Source: Fimicolochytrium jonesii
Lineage: Eukaryota
Length of the DNA stretch: 64,000 bases
Assembly: GCF_025526975.1 (NCBI RefSeq)
Contig: NW_026515690.1
Coordinates: 434,001 to 498,000 of the forward strand
Direction of reading: 5' to 3'
Program-made: the position numbers and the translations under genes
In this document: positions 41,048 to 53,068 of the stretch, piece by piece
Layout of the letters: every line of letters starts with the position of its first letter
Position numbering within the stretch: the first letter of the stretch is position 1
Notes under the pieces: model-generated
What the model saw: the letters and a program-made list of their open reading frames with translations, nothing else
Database searches by the model: none
What the model was told of the DNA's origin: nothing

Positions 41048-43215
41048 ATGCTGGCAACGACGGGCAAAAAGGCGCTCTTGCCGGCATGGCGAAGTGCCCG
41101 CACATCTCCCTCCGTCCGTATTGCGACGCTTCCTTGCGACATACGGAGACTTGGGACTACTTCAACACCAAATTCGCTTGCGGCTCGGTCCCTTGCAGCT
41201 GCTTCCTTCGGTGCTTCGAAGGTGCGCTCCACTCTGACGACGGGCCGGTTCGAACTCTCGAAAAGACACGGATTCGCTTCAGCAGCGGTGGCCGAGGCCG
41301 TCGAAGAACCGACCTACGCTGCCCCGAAGACTCCAGGCAGTTCTCTGGAAGATCTGCGCTACTTCCTCAAGCTAGTGGCAGAGCAACAGATTGAGGTTGG
41401 GGAACGGGACGCGGCTTGGTTGACTAGAACGGCTGCTGCGTTGGGGGACGACACTTTACGGATTGCGTTCGTAGGAGAGCATAGTGCAGACGTTATCAAT
41501 CTTGTCGGAGCAGTTCTGGAAACGTCTCTTGGTGGAGTTGCACCAGTAGGCCAAATCCAGCGCATCTCTTTTGGTTCAGGCAACGCTCCCGCCTCGGGAT
41601 CTGACTTGACGAGTCCAACTCCCTGGCTGGCTAAAAACCGCGCCGAAGTCCTTGCAGTGCCGGGATTTGACAAGATCGATGCATCCCAGCTAGAGGATGT
41701 AATCCATCAAAGCGATCTTGTCGTCCTCGCGACTCGAGTTGCGAATCGGTTAACCAGTCCGCGCGAAACGGAGTTCCTGTCAAAGTACATCGCGAGTGGC
41801 AAGTCGAACGTCATCGTCACGGTTGACGGCTTGCAACAGGAAGGATCGGAGACCTTGAACGCGCTGGAGAGCGTCAGGGAGCGACTCAACTTCTTCGCAC
41901 CAAAGTCTTCTCCGGGTCAGCCACCTTTAGCGATAGTCCCTGTCGATACACACAAAGCATTGGAAGCACGCCGTTTATTGAAGAGTTTGAACCCTGCTGG
42001 ACCCACCCCATCAGTGTTCCTGAAGGATCTGGAGTCTTCCGGGGTCCGTGATGTTGAGCTATCGATTGTGTCGCATATCGATACGCCAGCTGATCGCGTC
42101 GAGTTGAAGCGAGAATCCGCCATCTTCACTGCCACACAAGCTTTGACACGCCTCCAGAACACCCTACAATCCGCAGATACCGCCCTGCAACAGGCGCTCG
42201 ACGACTTGGACTCGTCGATTGCACGCGTACTGAAAACGAAGGAACGGCTCGTTCGCGATTTCCGCGGCGAGGATTTGGCTGTAGTCAATGGCAGCACAAC
42301 GGCTTTGCGGGCAGCTGTCCGTGAGTACTTCACTAAAGTCCCCTTCTGGAAGCTAGTCTGGCGCAATGACTTTGTGGCGGATGACCTGAAGGTCAGGATG
42401 CGGGAGCACACGCTGCTACAAGCAGAATACCAGATGGTGTATGCGATGGGAAAGTTGAACGAAGGCGCACGATCGCTACGCGAAACAGTCCTGGAACAAG
42501 TGGACGCTGTATTGGACCCGAAGTCACATATCAGCGCTGCGTCCAACGTGAACGCCATCAAGGACCTCCTACTGGAATTAGAGCGCACCCGTATCCTCAT
42601 TATCCGGCAAGGTGCTGCTCGACCTCTTGGACCAAGCACATCCGAAGCCAAATCCACACCTGAGTCGGGATCACTTATCTTCACCCCCGCCGACCCTTTC
42701 CTTCTCCGGAACCGCATTGCGACATTCGATGCCACTCGCCACTGTGATGATCTTCAACGTGATGCACAGAAGCTAGTTGTGAGGCAGGCCCTTTTCCAAG
42801 GCGCTCTCTATACCACTTTGCTCCTTGTCACCCACTTTGGAGTGCCGTTGATCTCCGTCGGGCTGCCAGTTGCACTCATTTCCTCCGGCGCCGGACTGGC
42901 TTGGATGAGGCTGCGATGGCGGTTGCTGGAGCAGAGGTTCTGGGGTCGGGTGAGCAACGGTCACGACACGCTCAAGGAAGATATTTTGGTAAGTCACCAC
43001 TGTTATGGACGCATCCATTCCTATATTACGATATTCATGGCGAAAACATCCTATAGACTGCATTTGAGCAGACCACAGATCAGCATCTCGTCGAGCCGGT
43101 AGCAGGTATCGTGAAAGTCATCCGCGATGCGGTTGACGAGCGTAGACACAAGGTAGTGGACCTCCAAGCAGCCGTCGATGCGGGGTTGACCCGGGCTCGC
43201 GAGCTCCGAAAGTAA
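41048..43215 (+). CDS. Mitochondrial membrane protein, Mmc1-like (degenerate dynamin/GTPase-like N-half, two C-terminal TM segments)
   Basis: Arg/Ser-rich presequence; FWKLVWRNDFVADDL resembles the Mmc1 C-terminal WWKL.WR.DD motif; TM hairpin followed by LRWR..E.RFW. Confidence 0.6.
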
Positions 43216-43597
43216 CTCTAGATCTAAAGCATGCGTCGTTTGTCTCCTCATATTGGACAAGGATCCCCCTGCAAGCTTGCATTTCTCCCTCCCGTTTCCT
43301 TCACACATGTATCTATCTACCTCACTCGGAATATACCGCTGCTACTTCGGTCGCCTTAACTCAGACAACGACATATGCCACAGCTGCATGAGCGCATGGC
43401 GGGACGTACATGAGCCTGACTATAAATTTGTAGCGTCACGCCGTTTCGTAAATCTGCGGGTGCTTCGTCAAAGTCGGCCCCGGGTCAAGAGAGCGTGGGA
43501 GGTCGTAAATCCCGGGACCGTGGCGGAAACGGTTTCTTCCAGTTGAACCGTGGCGGAAGTCGGGCAAGAACCTTATCCGAACATGCAATCCCATTGC

Positions 43598-44025
43598 TTA
43601 AACCGCAGGCGTGGAATTTCGTGCCTTCCCCTCCCGCTCCAACTCCTCCAGCTGCTTCAGCGCCGATTCAAGCTCCATACGCTCTGTTGCCGTTTTCCGT
43701 GCTTCTGAGTAACGCATAATGTCGTCTGCAATCATCACCCGAGTCAGCACACGGAAACGAAATCGGCAGTCCAATGAAGGTCTGCACTCACAATAACCAC
43801 TCTTAATCATCCCAAACTCCAGTGATGCCCCGATGGTGAAACCCACAGCGCATGCGATGGCGTAGAAGGACCATGGCGCTTTTCGCGGCGGCTAGACAAG
43901 AATGCGGGAAAATTGAGTTGATAGGTGCGATATCAGCGGCAAGTGGAGCGTTTGCGTACCCTGAAGAAGTTCTCCGCTGGGTTACGGGTTGGTATAGGGG
44001 CTCTTACTGGTCGTTGAGCGCTCAT
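43598..44025 (-). CDS. Small single-pass membrane protein, SMIM4/UQCC5-like, 3 exons
   Basis: Spliced ..WSFYAIACAVGFTIGASLEFGMIKSGYYDIMRYSEAR..coiled coil. Confidence 0.5.
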
Positions 44026-44092
44026 TTATGTTCGTTTTGCCGACGGAAGTCTTGTCAGTTTCAACGCAATATCGGTGGTCGAAATCGAAATA

Positions 44093-44429
44093 CAGTAACT
44101 TCTCGTTTATTTCAATTCCGGTTACTTCAACTTTCGCTTATTTCAACGGTCAGAGGGTTAGGGTTAGGGTTCGGGTTCGGGTTACATTGACTTTGACAAC
44201 ACTGAGAGCACAAGGCTTGAGCACACTGAAGAGTTCATTGCTCGCCAGATTCTTAGTGAGGAAGGGTTGGAGGTTATGGGGTTAGCCTAGGGAGTGCCTG
44301 TTAACCGAGCTTAGCGTACGTTTTAGTTGCGCACCTGTTTGTATACCCTTAGTATGAGGAGGATTTTAGATATTTCAACTTTTGCTTATTTCAAGGGTCA
44401 ACGGTGTTGAAATAAACGAGAAGTTACTG
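44093..44429. mobile_element. Non-autonomous Tc1/mariner-pogo-type MITE (337 bp) with internal TTAGGG repeats
   Basis: Perfect 23-bp TIRs CAGTAACTTCTCGTTTATTTCAA (44093-44115 and 44407-44429), TA on both sides, 30-bp internal direct repeat (44123-44152 and 44371-44400). Confidence 0.85.
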
Positions 44430-44944
44430 TATTTGAACATAAACCCCTCTTCAAAACCGTCTGAGTGCATCGCGTTGATATAGATACTGAAATGTTCCTA
44501 CTTCTTACCCTAACCCTAAACCTAACACTAAGTCCTCCCGTAGTCGGGCATCTCGTGTACACATTTTTCTGTTACCGTTCCCAATGGATTCCGTTCGAAG
44601 GTTGTGCTTGCTAAGCTTCTTTTCTTTTGACTCGAGCGTGTACAGTATAAATACATCCACATCCCTACCCCATCCTCATCCCTATCTCCTTTTTGTTCGA
44701 GCAAATACACCTAAGGATCATCGGATGCACAATGTCCTACTCCAGACTAAGCATTTGCTCTCAATCCTTTTACAATTCGTCTCTACTCACAGAGAATTTC
44801 TCTGCCTTCAGAATCCCTTACAAATACATGGTACGGGCAACGCCGGAAGCAGCATTTGAAAGGGTTTTCACCCAGAGTGCACTAGTCACTTCGTGAGTGT
44901 TATGGACGACGCGCCCATACTATAATCTTACCTACTGACAGCCT

Positions 44945-45127
44945 CCAATGTCAAACGCCAATGTCAAACGCCAATGCCAATGTCAATGCCAATGTCAATG
45001 CCACTCCCCCTCTCTCCTCTCATTTCGCCAATCCTCCCGCAATATCGCCACTCCTCCTCTCCCCTCTCATTTCACCAATCCTCCCGCAATATCACCACTC
45101 CTCCTCTCCCCTCTCATTTCGCCAATC
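44945..45127 (+). repeat. CAATGY microsatellite followed by a 47-bp tandem repeat (~2.7 copies)
   Basis: (CAATGT/C)n at 44945-45001; 47-bp unit starting at 45001, 45048 and 45095. Confidence 0.8.
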
Positions 45128-46368
45128 CCCCATTCGCCGCTCCTCCTCTACCCCGCTCATCTGTGAGCCAATCTCCGGCCATTTGTCAACCCCCCCAGTA
45201 CTTCTCCACAGCCAGCAGCTGTAGCTTGCTCTCTACGCCTGCTACGCTTGCTCTAGGCTAGGGAGCAGAGCTGTCGCTCACTCAGTCCCCTCTTGTTGTT
45301 GTCTTTGGTCTGCCGGGTTGTTTATCTATAAATAGCCGCCCCCTCTTCATCCATTCCCTTCCTCCCCAGCAGATCAACACCAGTTCTTCTCATCTCTTGT
45401 TCTAGTCCTTGTCCCTGTCTCGCCAATACAATCTCTTGTCGCCCGTCGCTCTCGCCTTGTCTTCTCTACTTTGCTTCCGCCTCAGTTGTCGAGATCATAA
45501 CAGTGAGAAGCATTGAGCCTAACAACCTGATATCATTCTCAGTCCAATCCCCAACACAATGTTGGAAGCTCAAAGCTCGTCGGAACCGTCGACCAACCTC
45601 GACCAGTTCGTTCAGGAAATTGCCACAAAGCTGGCTGAAAACCTCGCCGCTGCAGAACAAGAGGGCATCTGCCTCGCCCGGGAAGAGGTGAATATCCTCG
45701 CCTTAGAGACAGAGCGCCTCAAAACAAGAATGCTCGCCGCCGCAATTTACTTGCATGTTGTCATGAGCAGCTTGCTCAAACCTTGCCTGCCTTGACGCCG
45801 GACGACAGCGCCCAAAACGGTATGCCCCTCGCCTCTCCCGTCGCGGGCAAAGACATGGTTTATGATCACTTGGCCCGTAAATGCACCAAGGTCATTCTCC
45901 AACCCGGTCAGGACATCCCCATGCGCAAGAAACGACGCGCCATCGCCAACCTCATCACTGACGACGGGGTTATCTTCAAGATAGCGCCCCCAAAGCCCCT
46001 TCCCTCGCTCCAGGAGCTAAAAGTCGCATGCCGCACCGAGCGCGCTGTAGTAGTGCGCTTCGAACTGCGCATGAAATCGATAATATTTCGATGCCGATTA
46101 TACGCCTAGAATCTTCGATGAGCAAATGAAATCACCTACATATGACAACGTCAAAAACCGTCAAAACTTTCAACAATAAATCGACACACTCGCGTTCCCG
46201 ACACTCCGACGATTACCAAATGCAACTACCTTTACCGAAACCTTGCTTCACAACGACGTTTTGTCCTCGGATACGACTGACATGCGAAAAATGTAGGCGT
46301 TGTAGGGACGGTCCTCCTCACATGCCCGCAAACATGCACGACGCACGAACATTTGGCCCCTTACGCTG

Positions 46369-46704
46369 GGTGGCCAAAAGTCTGAGTAAAACGCCCCAAG
46401 GACACATCATTCAGATCATATCCACCAGCAGAAGTCGCCGGCCTGCGTGCACACTAGGTGGCCAAAAGTCTACAACGTCCCAAGGACATATCATTCCGAT
46501 CATAGCCACCAGCAGAAGTCGCCGGCCTGCCTGCACACCTGAAGAAGTACAAAATTGACAGCAGCTGGTCGTCAACGCGTGGGTACCGCTTGGGCTTCTG
46601 CCTGGGTACTCAGACTTTTGGGTTGCACAAACAAGGTGCAGAACCCATCGCACCCAGACTTCGGGCCACCTACTGTAGAGTCTGCGGAACACGACTTTGG
46701 GCCT
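46369..46704. repeat. Direct and inverted repeat cluster, probable transposon remnant
   Basis: Imperfect ~85-bp direct repeat (46369-46453 and 46458-46538); perfect 15-bp inverted match (46374-46388 and 46607-46621). Confidence 0.65.
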
Positions 46705-48383
46705 CGGTGAACTATGTTGATATTTAGTGCAGTACGACAGCGGTGCCCTACCAACATCTCTTTTCACGAGATGTTTGCCCGGCGAATGGCGCCGCCGATA
46801 GAACGTACCTGGGCACGGCGCCGTCAGGTGCAGTCCGGGAAGGTGTAACATCAAAGGAAACATAGACGATATTGGGCCCTTCCGAGAGGGCTGAGAGCAG
46901 TGTATTGTAGTGAAAAAAAAGTGAGAAGCTCTTCGCAGCGGGCGCTTGACTGACAGCTTTATATATGGGCTGCCAGTGGGGCTTGCGTGGCTTCAGTGAG
47001 GCTTGGCGCCTTATGTGATGTATCACCGAGAGCTCGGGTGGCCAGCCCGGGTCTCGGATCAAGTAGAAGTAAAGAGATATAATATGAAATACAAGTGAAG
47101 ATGAGATATCCCCGACAGAAGGCCATAGGACACAGTGTCAATGCGGTCTCGTGCGTAGCTCGGGGCATTTGGGGCGTGGGTGTAAAACTTGCGGTCAGTG
47201 TGAATCGGGTCCCATCTTTCCTTTTGACACGAAGCTGAACACGTCTGGAAAATTGACTTACCCGAGTACCTGGGTTGGGAGGGCGGGACGCGTCGCGTAC
47301 CGCCGGTACTCGTACCCTAACTTCTCGCACCCCCCACTCTCTTTGTAATGAGGTGCTGCAGGTGTCACCTTAGTGCGGGGAAGCGCGTAGGGCATGAGAT
47401 CACGTGTAGCATAGATTATATTGGAGTCCTACGCTCTGGGTGACTCCCGAAGGGAAGAAAAGCCTTCGGGCGGCGCCCCGGGAGGTAGAAACTCTAGAAT
47501 TCTTTCAATACATCGAAGCGGAGACAGAGCCTCTGGCAACGGCCCCAGCAATATTACACTCTTCTTCTCTCATCCCGAGCCATTGCAACACACATATGTA
47601 CACTGCTTCCCTTCCCCAAGCCCATCGTTTCTCACCTCCTTATCCACATACTCGGTGCATTGCTTCGCTCCTATTGCCCATCATCCAGGGCATCAATCGC
47701 TGTGCTAATCCATCAAGCAACCGCTCATCGCGCTGACATCGCCTCGTTCGCGAAAGGAAGCTTTGAGTTGAAAGATACCCATGCATGCGATGACCACAAT
47801 CTGGCTTCGCTTTCGATATCTTCTGACTTCAAAACAAGGAAGGAGGTTCATTCCATTTGAGGCGTGCCCTTGTTTTCACCTGAAAAAGCGATAGCTTATG
47901 GGATCACTTACCTCCGCATGCCACCTTCCAAGATCCCACGGTCCTTACCATCTCTTGTACAGCATCATTTGCACTCCCTACCAGCCTCACAGTCACAAGT
48001 ATCGCGTATGTATCCGATTCTGACCCGCCGTCTGTCTGTCCGTTGATTGAAATGGCTGACCATTGAGCGCCGGATTGGAAAGCCATGCGACGCGACTGTC
48101 AGAAACGCCATCAACGCCGTACGGCCGACCGCACACCGCTAACCTTTCACATTCGACTTCACAACGACGTACGCACTGATGCCTTACCACACAAGCTTGC
48201 CTCCTTCTCTTCCTTTGCCTTCTCTTGCGATACAATGTGATGGCGGAGCCTGAATATAAAAAGGGGGTTTCCGCCTGAGTACCACCCATTCGCCTGCATC
48301 AAACATCCTCATTCCATAGCATCCGATCCGGGCATACCCACATTAGTCGAACATAATCAAATTTAGACCTCCCGCCCAACAAA

Positions 48384-49407
48384 ATGTCGATCCTCTCCCA
48401 GCGCAGGAAACCCTCAGCCTCATCACAGGAACAGTCGGCGCCTTAGCCTTCATTGCCCTCGTCCTCAGCCTCGGCTTCACCAACCTCCAAAAATCCGATT
48501 CCGCCGCTTCAGCTGTCCCGACCTGACGTCCAACGGCCTCGAGTACCCTGGCACCGTTGCCCCTGACGATGCGGCGCTCAACATCCTCTACACGGTGGGC
48601 AAGTTGGATCCAGTCACCGACGAGACTGCCAAAGTGTTTATAGGAATTTACCCCGTGGGGAGGTTGTCGCCGGTCAATACGACTGATCTCGAGCAATGGT
48701 TTTCCGAGATTTTGGAAGCGAGGATTACCGCTCCGTTCACTATTTCGACATCGTACAAGACGTTTAGTTTCAAAGCGGGCGACCGCGTGCAGCTGCAGGA
48801 GCAACTCATGCCCATCAACGACGCAGAACGCTACCCGCTCGACGACCACTCCCTCACCGATAGCATTACGGCCACCTGGATCGACCCCGCGACAAACACC
48901 TCCGCCGTCCTCCCCGTCACCGTCATCGACAATTCAATGCAACAAGGCTGGACCTTCCTCCTTGATCCGTCCGACTCAACCACCATCTCCTCAATCCTCG
49001 ACGAAAACAACAAAAACACCAACCTCCCCCTCGTCCCACAACCTGCGTGGAATTACGCCGTCACCGCCCACCGCAGCACAACCACAAAAGTTATCTCGTT
49101 CGGAATCATCGCCCTCATGTGGACACTCTCTCTCACCTACTTCATCGTCGGCGTCCTCGTCGTCTCCGCCGATCGCAAGGTAGCTCTCACCGTCGCGGCC
49201 CTCGGCGCAATCCTCATGTTTGGCATGAACGCGCTGAGAAGCGTGCAGCCAGGGGTGCCCTTGACCGGATGTATTGCAGACACGTTTGGGTATATGTGGA
49301 ATATGAGTATTCTGGCTGTGTGTTGTGTTCTGGCCGTTGGGCACTACTTGGTCAGAGTCAATCGCCTGCCGAGGGTGCCGGCAGCCGTGGAGGAACATAA
49401 GGTGTGA
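48384..49407 (+). CDS. DUF4436-like membrane protein; 5' part interrupted by two apparent 1-bp frameshifts
   Basis: YPLDDH, HRSTTTK..IIALMW, LFG/MFG..LRSVQPGVPLTGCIADTFGYMWNM resemble DUF4436 (YPFD.Y, R..LPGAPP.G..D..F.W). The N-terminal TM lies in another frame (48410-48520). Confidence 0.65.
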
Positions 49408-52400
49408 GGCAGGACCAAACCCGTGAGATGGAGAACTATCCTCTACTACAACAGTCGAATGTCATCTATTCAGTGTGGACGTGCTTCTTGCGTATACCCC
49501 AATATCTATGTAGATCCACATAATGTGTCTAACTGTCCAACGAAGGGCGGCGTAATAAGGATACCTTTGCTATACCCCCCTAAATCTGAGTCCTCGCTCA
49601 CAAGAGTTAAGCTCAGGGCTTGCATGGTGATCCCGTGGGATGTGGGAAAGGAAGAAGTGCCCGTACTGTACAGCGTTGAGCCAATAATGCAGAAAGAGAG
49701 TCGCTGGAGAACTCTTTCCAAAACCGGAGACATCTGTTGTGGAACTCGTTACTTTATTCCCCTTCACACACACCACTCGTTTTATAGACATTCGATCGGA
49801 CGGTCTGCACACACACACAACCAGCTCTCTATCTGCAGAGAAGAAAAAGGGGGGGTACGGTAACTATAAAAAGGAAGCTGTGGCTGAAACTGGTTGTTTA
49901 CAACAACATCAACGCGTTTGTTTCTTCGGCCCTCTTGTTTTCTGAATTGGAGGATTGATCAACACGCTCTTCCGCCTCGCACCGTCAGCCGTGCGCCATT
50001 GCACACTCTTCCGCCATTGCACCACCAACCCATAAACTGCATCGCGAAGATGAAGCTACCCATCGTCCCTACCCACGGAAGATCGTTGAGCAGAACAAAA
50101 CGTTCCCCGAGCTTGCCCAGGACGGTCAGTCTTGCGCCGCGGAGCTAGGAAAGACTGATCGCATCGCCCTTCGACCAAACCAACGACAGTTCGACGCGCG
50201 CACCAGGCATCTACAAAAGGAACTGTCTGTCGTATGTTCCATCGTCTGCGTTCGGAGACTTGCCTCGTAACTGTGGTGCTTTGTTGGGGTGGGAAGTAAG
50301 TAACCAACAATCTTTCTATGCAGGCCAAAAACACTTACGACGATGCCATGGGCACTTTGATAGAGGCCGCTGTGCGCGCCCGAGCGAAGATTTCGAGAAA
50401 ACGCGATGTCCAGCGTTTTGATGGTTACCAAAATATTGGCAAAGTACGCAAACAAGTCCTTGAGCAGTCTGCCAGCCGTGTCGCTCTGCAGCCCTGCCAG
50501 CTGCGTGGTCATCATGTCCTCGTCTTCACTTTCATCATTGCTAAAGCGGTCAGCCGCAGCATGCACAAAGGATACGTTCGCTCGTCCATGTGGGCCAAGG
50601 TGGAACTCATCTCGCGTTTCAGCGCGCGAGGCACCGTGTTCCATTACGACCTGAAGGTCACTGCTTGCATTGCTATCCATTTCGGGTTCGGCGGAGGTTA
50701 CAGAGGAGGTTACGGCGGAGATTACGGTGGTGGCGGTTACGGTGGCGGTTACGGAGGTGGCTGCTCGAAAACGCGAATATCTTGCGACGATCGAAACGTT
50801 GGCGAACATCACTTGTGCAGTCAAGAACGGGGAGGCGAGGCATCTCGCAATCCTTGCCGACCGATGGCACGTCTGGGACTCTGCGCTGATGGGGCTGCCT
50901 TCTCCGACAAGGTGCGTGAAGGGAATGGTTCTCGACCGGCGAATCATGACCGTACTGGGGGCATTGCCCGGTCTTGTGGAGCACAACCTGGCCTTCAAAA
51001 CCGTTATCGCCAGTGGCCGCATCAGGTCCACCCAGTCGGTATACTTGGCCATTCCAAAGCGCATGCAATGCGGTTCTCGGTTGTGACGGCGTTGTCTCGC
51101 TGATGATGGCGCTGGCGGTTGACGATACCACCGCTGCCATCCCTAGAGTCGAGGCGACATCAAACCCACTCATCGCCCAGATCATTGGAAACACGGTCGC
51201 GCAGACCTCACCTACGCTCCAGGTGCGCCACGAATCTTTGCACGAGTCTTCGGAAAGTGCCACGAGTGGAAACGGCCGGAGCGACATGGCGATTTGCGGT
51301 CCCTTCTCGCCGTGAAGCCGTGGGTATATTGATCTGCGAATATGCCTCCAATCGTGCATCCGTCGGCAAGGAGTTTTTGAGGTCGGGCCGGCAGAGGCAG
51401 TGCTTGAAAGCAGAAAGATTTTACGGTACTGTGAAGCGAAGGACGTCCGAGAGGGGACGGTACACGTTGCCTTTATTATGTGGGGAGTCAGAATCATTTC
51501 TATTGTGCATTTCTGGAGCCTACCCAGCTCAATATAGGATCCAGAAATGTGCATTAGCAATTATCATCTGCCTTACGATACGGAGTACACGGAGCAGCTT
51601 CTCGTATTCTAGATCAGAGTTGATTATTTAGTGAGGATCGCCCGATCATGTTCCTCCAACGGCATCATCTGGGTACTACAGGAGCTTCTCACCGTGGGTA
51701 CTACGGAGTGCAGGTTGCCCCCCGAGGAGTTGTGGTCAGTGGCCGACACTCATGTCATGGCCAGTCAACCTTCTATCAAATACACCATTAAAATACTGGA
51801 GCGAATGTAAGGCACAATTCACCTGTTTCGCAACGTTTTCTCACTCTGACATTTTCTTCGAAGTGCGTTCTTGGTTGACGCAAAGACAACCGACGCACCG
51901 AACTGATATTTTGCGACCAGTTTCTCGTTAGAGACGCCTTCGATGTGCTTTTGGATGGCATACCAGTTGTAAGGTTCTTCTTGAACTTCTACAACAAAAT
52001 TTCTCACAATAACAGCAAATTTCTTCACCCAGCGGAGAGGTAGAATCGCGCGCGTCGCGAGAGCGCAGAGTAGCCAGCGCCCAGATCTCAAACTACAATG
52101 CGAGCAGTCTCTCACGAGTGTCAGGCGCCCACTGTGACTTTATGCTTTGCGTAAGTGGAGGCTGAAGGGAACGACTTGCAGGAGATCGCATTCAATCTGA
52201 TCCCCTTTTACGTTTTAAAGGATACAAGTCTTTCCCCGTCAGTAGGCTGGGGTGTAGAGTTTGGGGCAGCGGCAAACGTGGGGCCCGCCAAGACGATACA
52301 GGATAAAAACGGACTGATCACCCTTCTCCGAGACACGGAAATCCTACGTAGTCGGAAAGGGTCGTCTACCAATATGCCGGACGCCCTGATTATTCTGAGG

Positions 52401-53068
52401 TTCTGCGACACCGTGCTTTCGTCACTGCCGCAGCTCAATCCCTCTCTCCGTCCACAAATCCCTTTGCATCCCGCTAACAGCTGCGTGCAAATAGTTTCAG
52501 CAGCCTGGAGCACGTTCCTGGGTTCGACGTTTCGTTCTCGACCGAAAAACTGGAGGAGGTCGAGCCGGTGACCGACGCGCGTTTGTTGTTGAGAAGCGAG
52601 CTGGATGCTGAAGACTTGGATTAGGTCTGGGTCCGCCGCTGTCCCCCACTATCCTCCTATTGGTGCTGTACGCAATGAAAGCATTTTTGGTCTTTGGCGG
52701 TTGATACATCGTGAATTCACCGGCGGTCCCACCCTCTGCGTCGTCTGGTAGATCGGTGGTCCTTCTCCCTCTCCCTGTTCGCCCTGCTAGTATTCTACAT
52801 GTAGCCAGTGTCCCCCGTAGCTATATCGTGAAGCTTTGATGATAGAAGCACGCATACATGTAGAGGCCGTGTCCCATGAAACTTAGTCTTGACCTTCCAT
52901 ACGGCAACATTCTTTCCCGCATTGTCGACAGAGGTCGTCCACTGCCCGAGTAACTTGTTCGAAGAAGGACTGGTTTTGCAAGCTCAAGGGCATGAACGGG
53001 CATCACGGACGCTGACATTGTGAAGGCAGTTACAATTAGTTCCGTCGTTAAGGACCAGCGAAGCCGCG

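Noticed and set aside
45001..45127. CRISPR-like array
   Set aside because: Contiguous tandem units without unique spacers, eukaryotic context and no cas genes.
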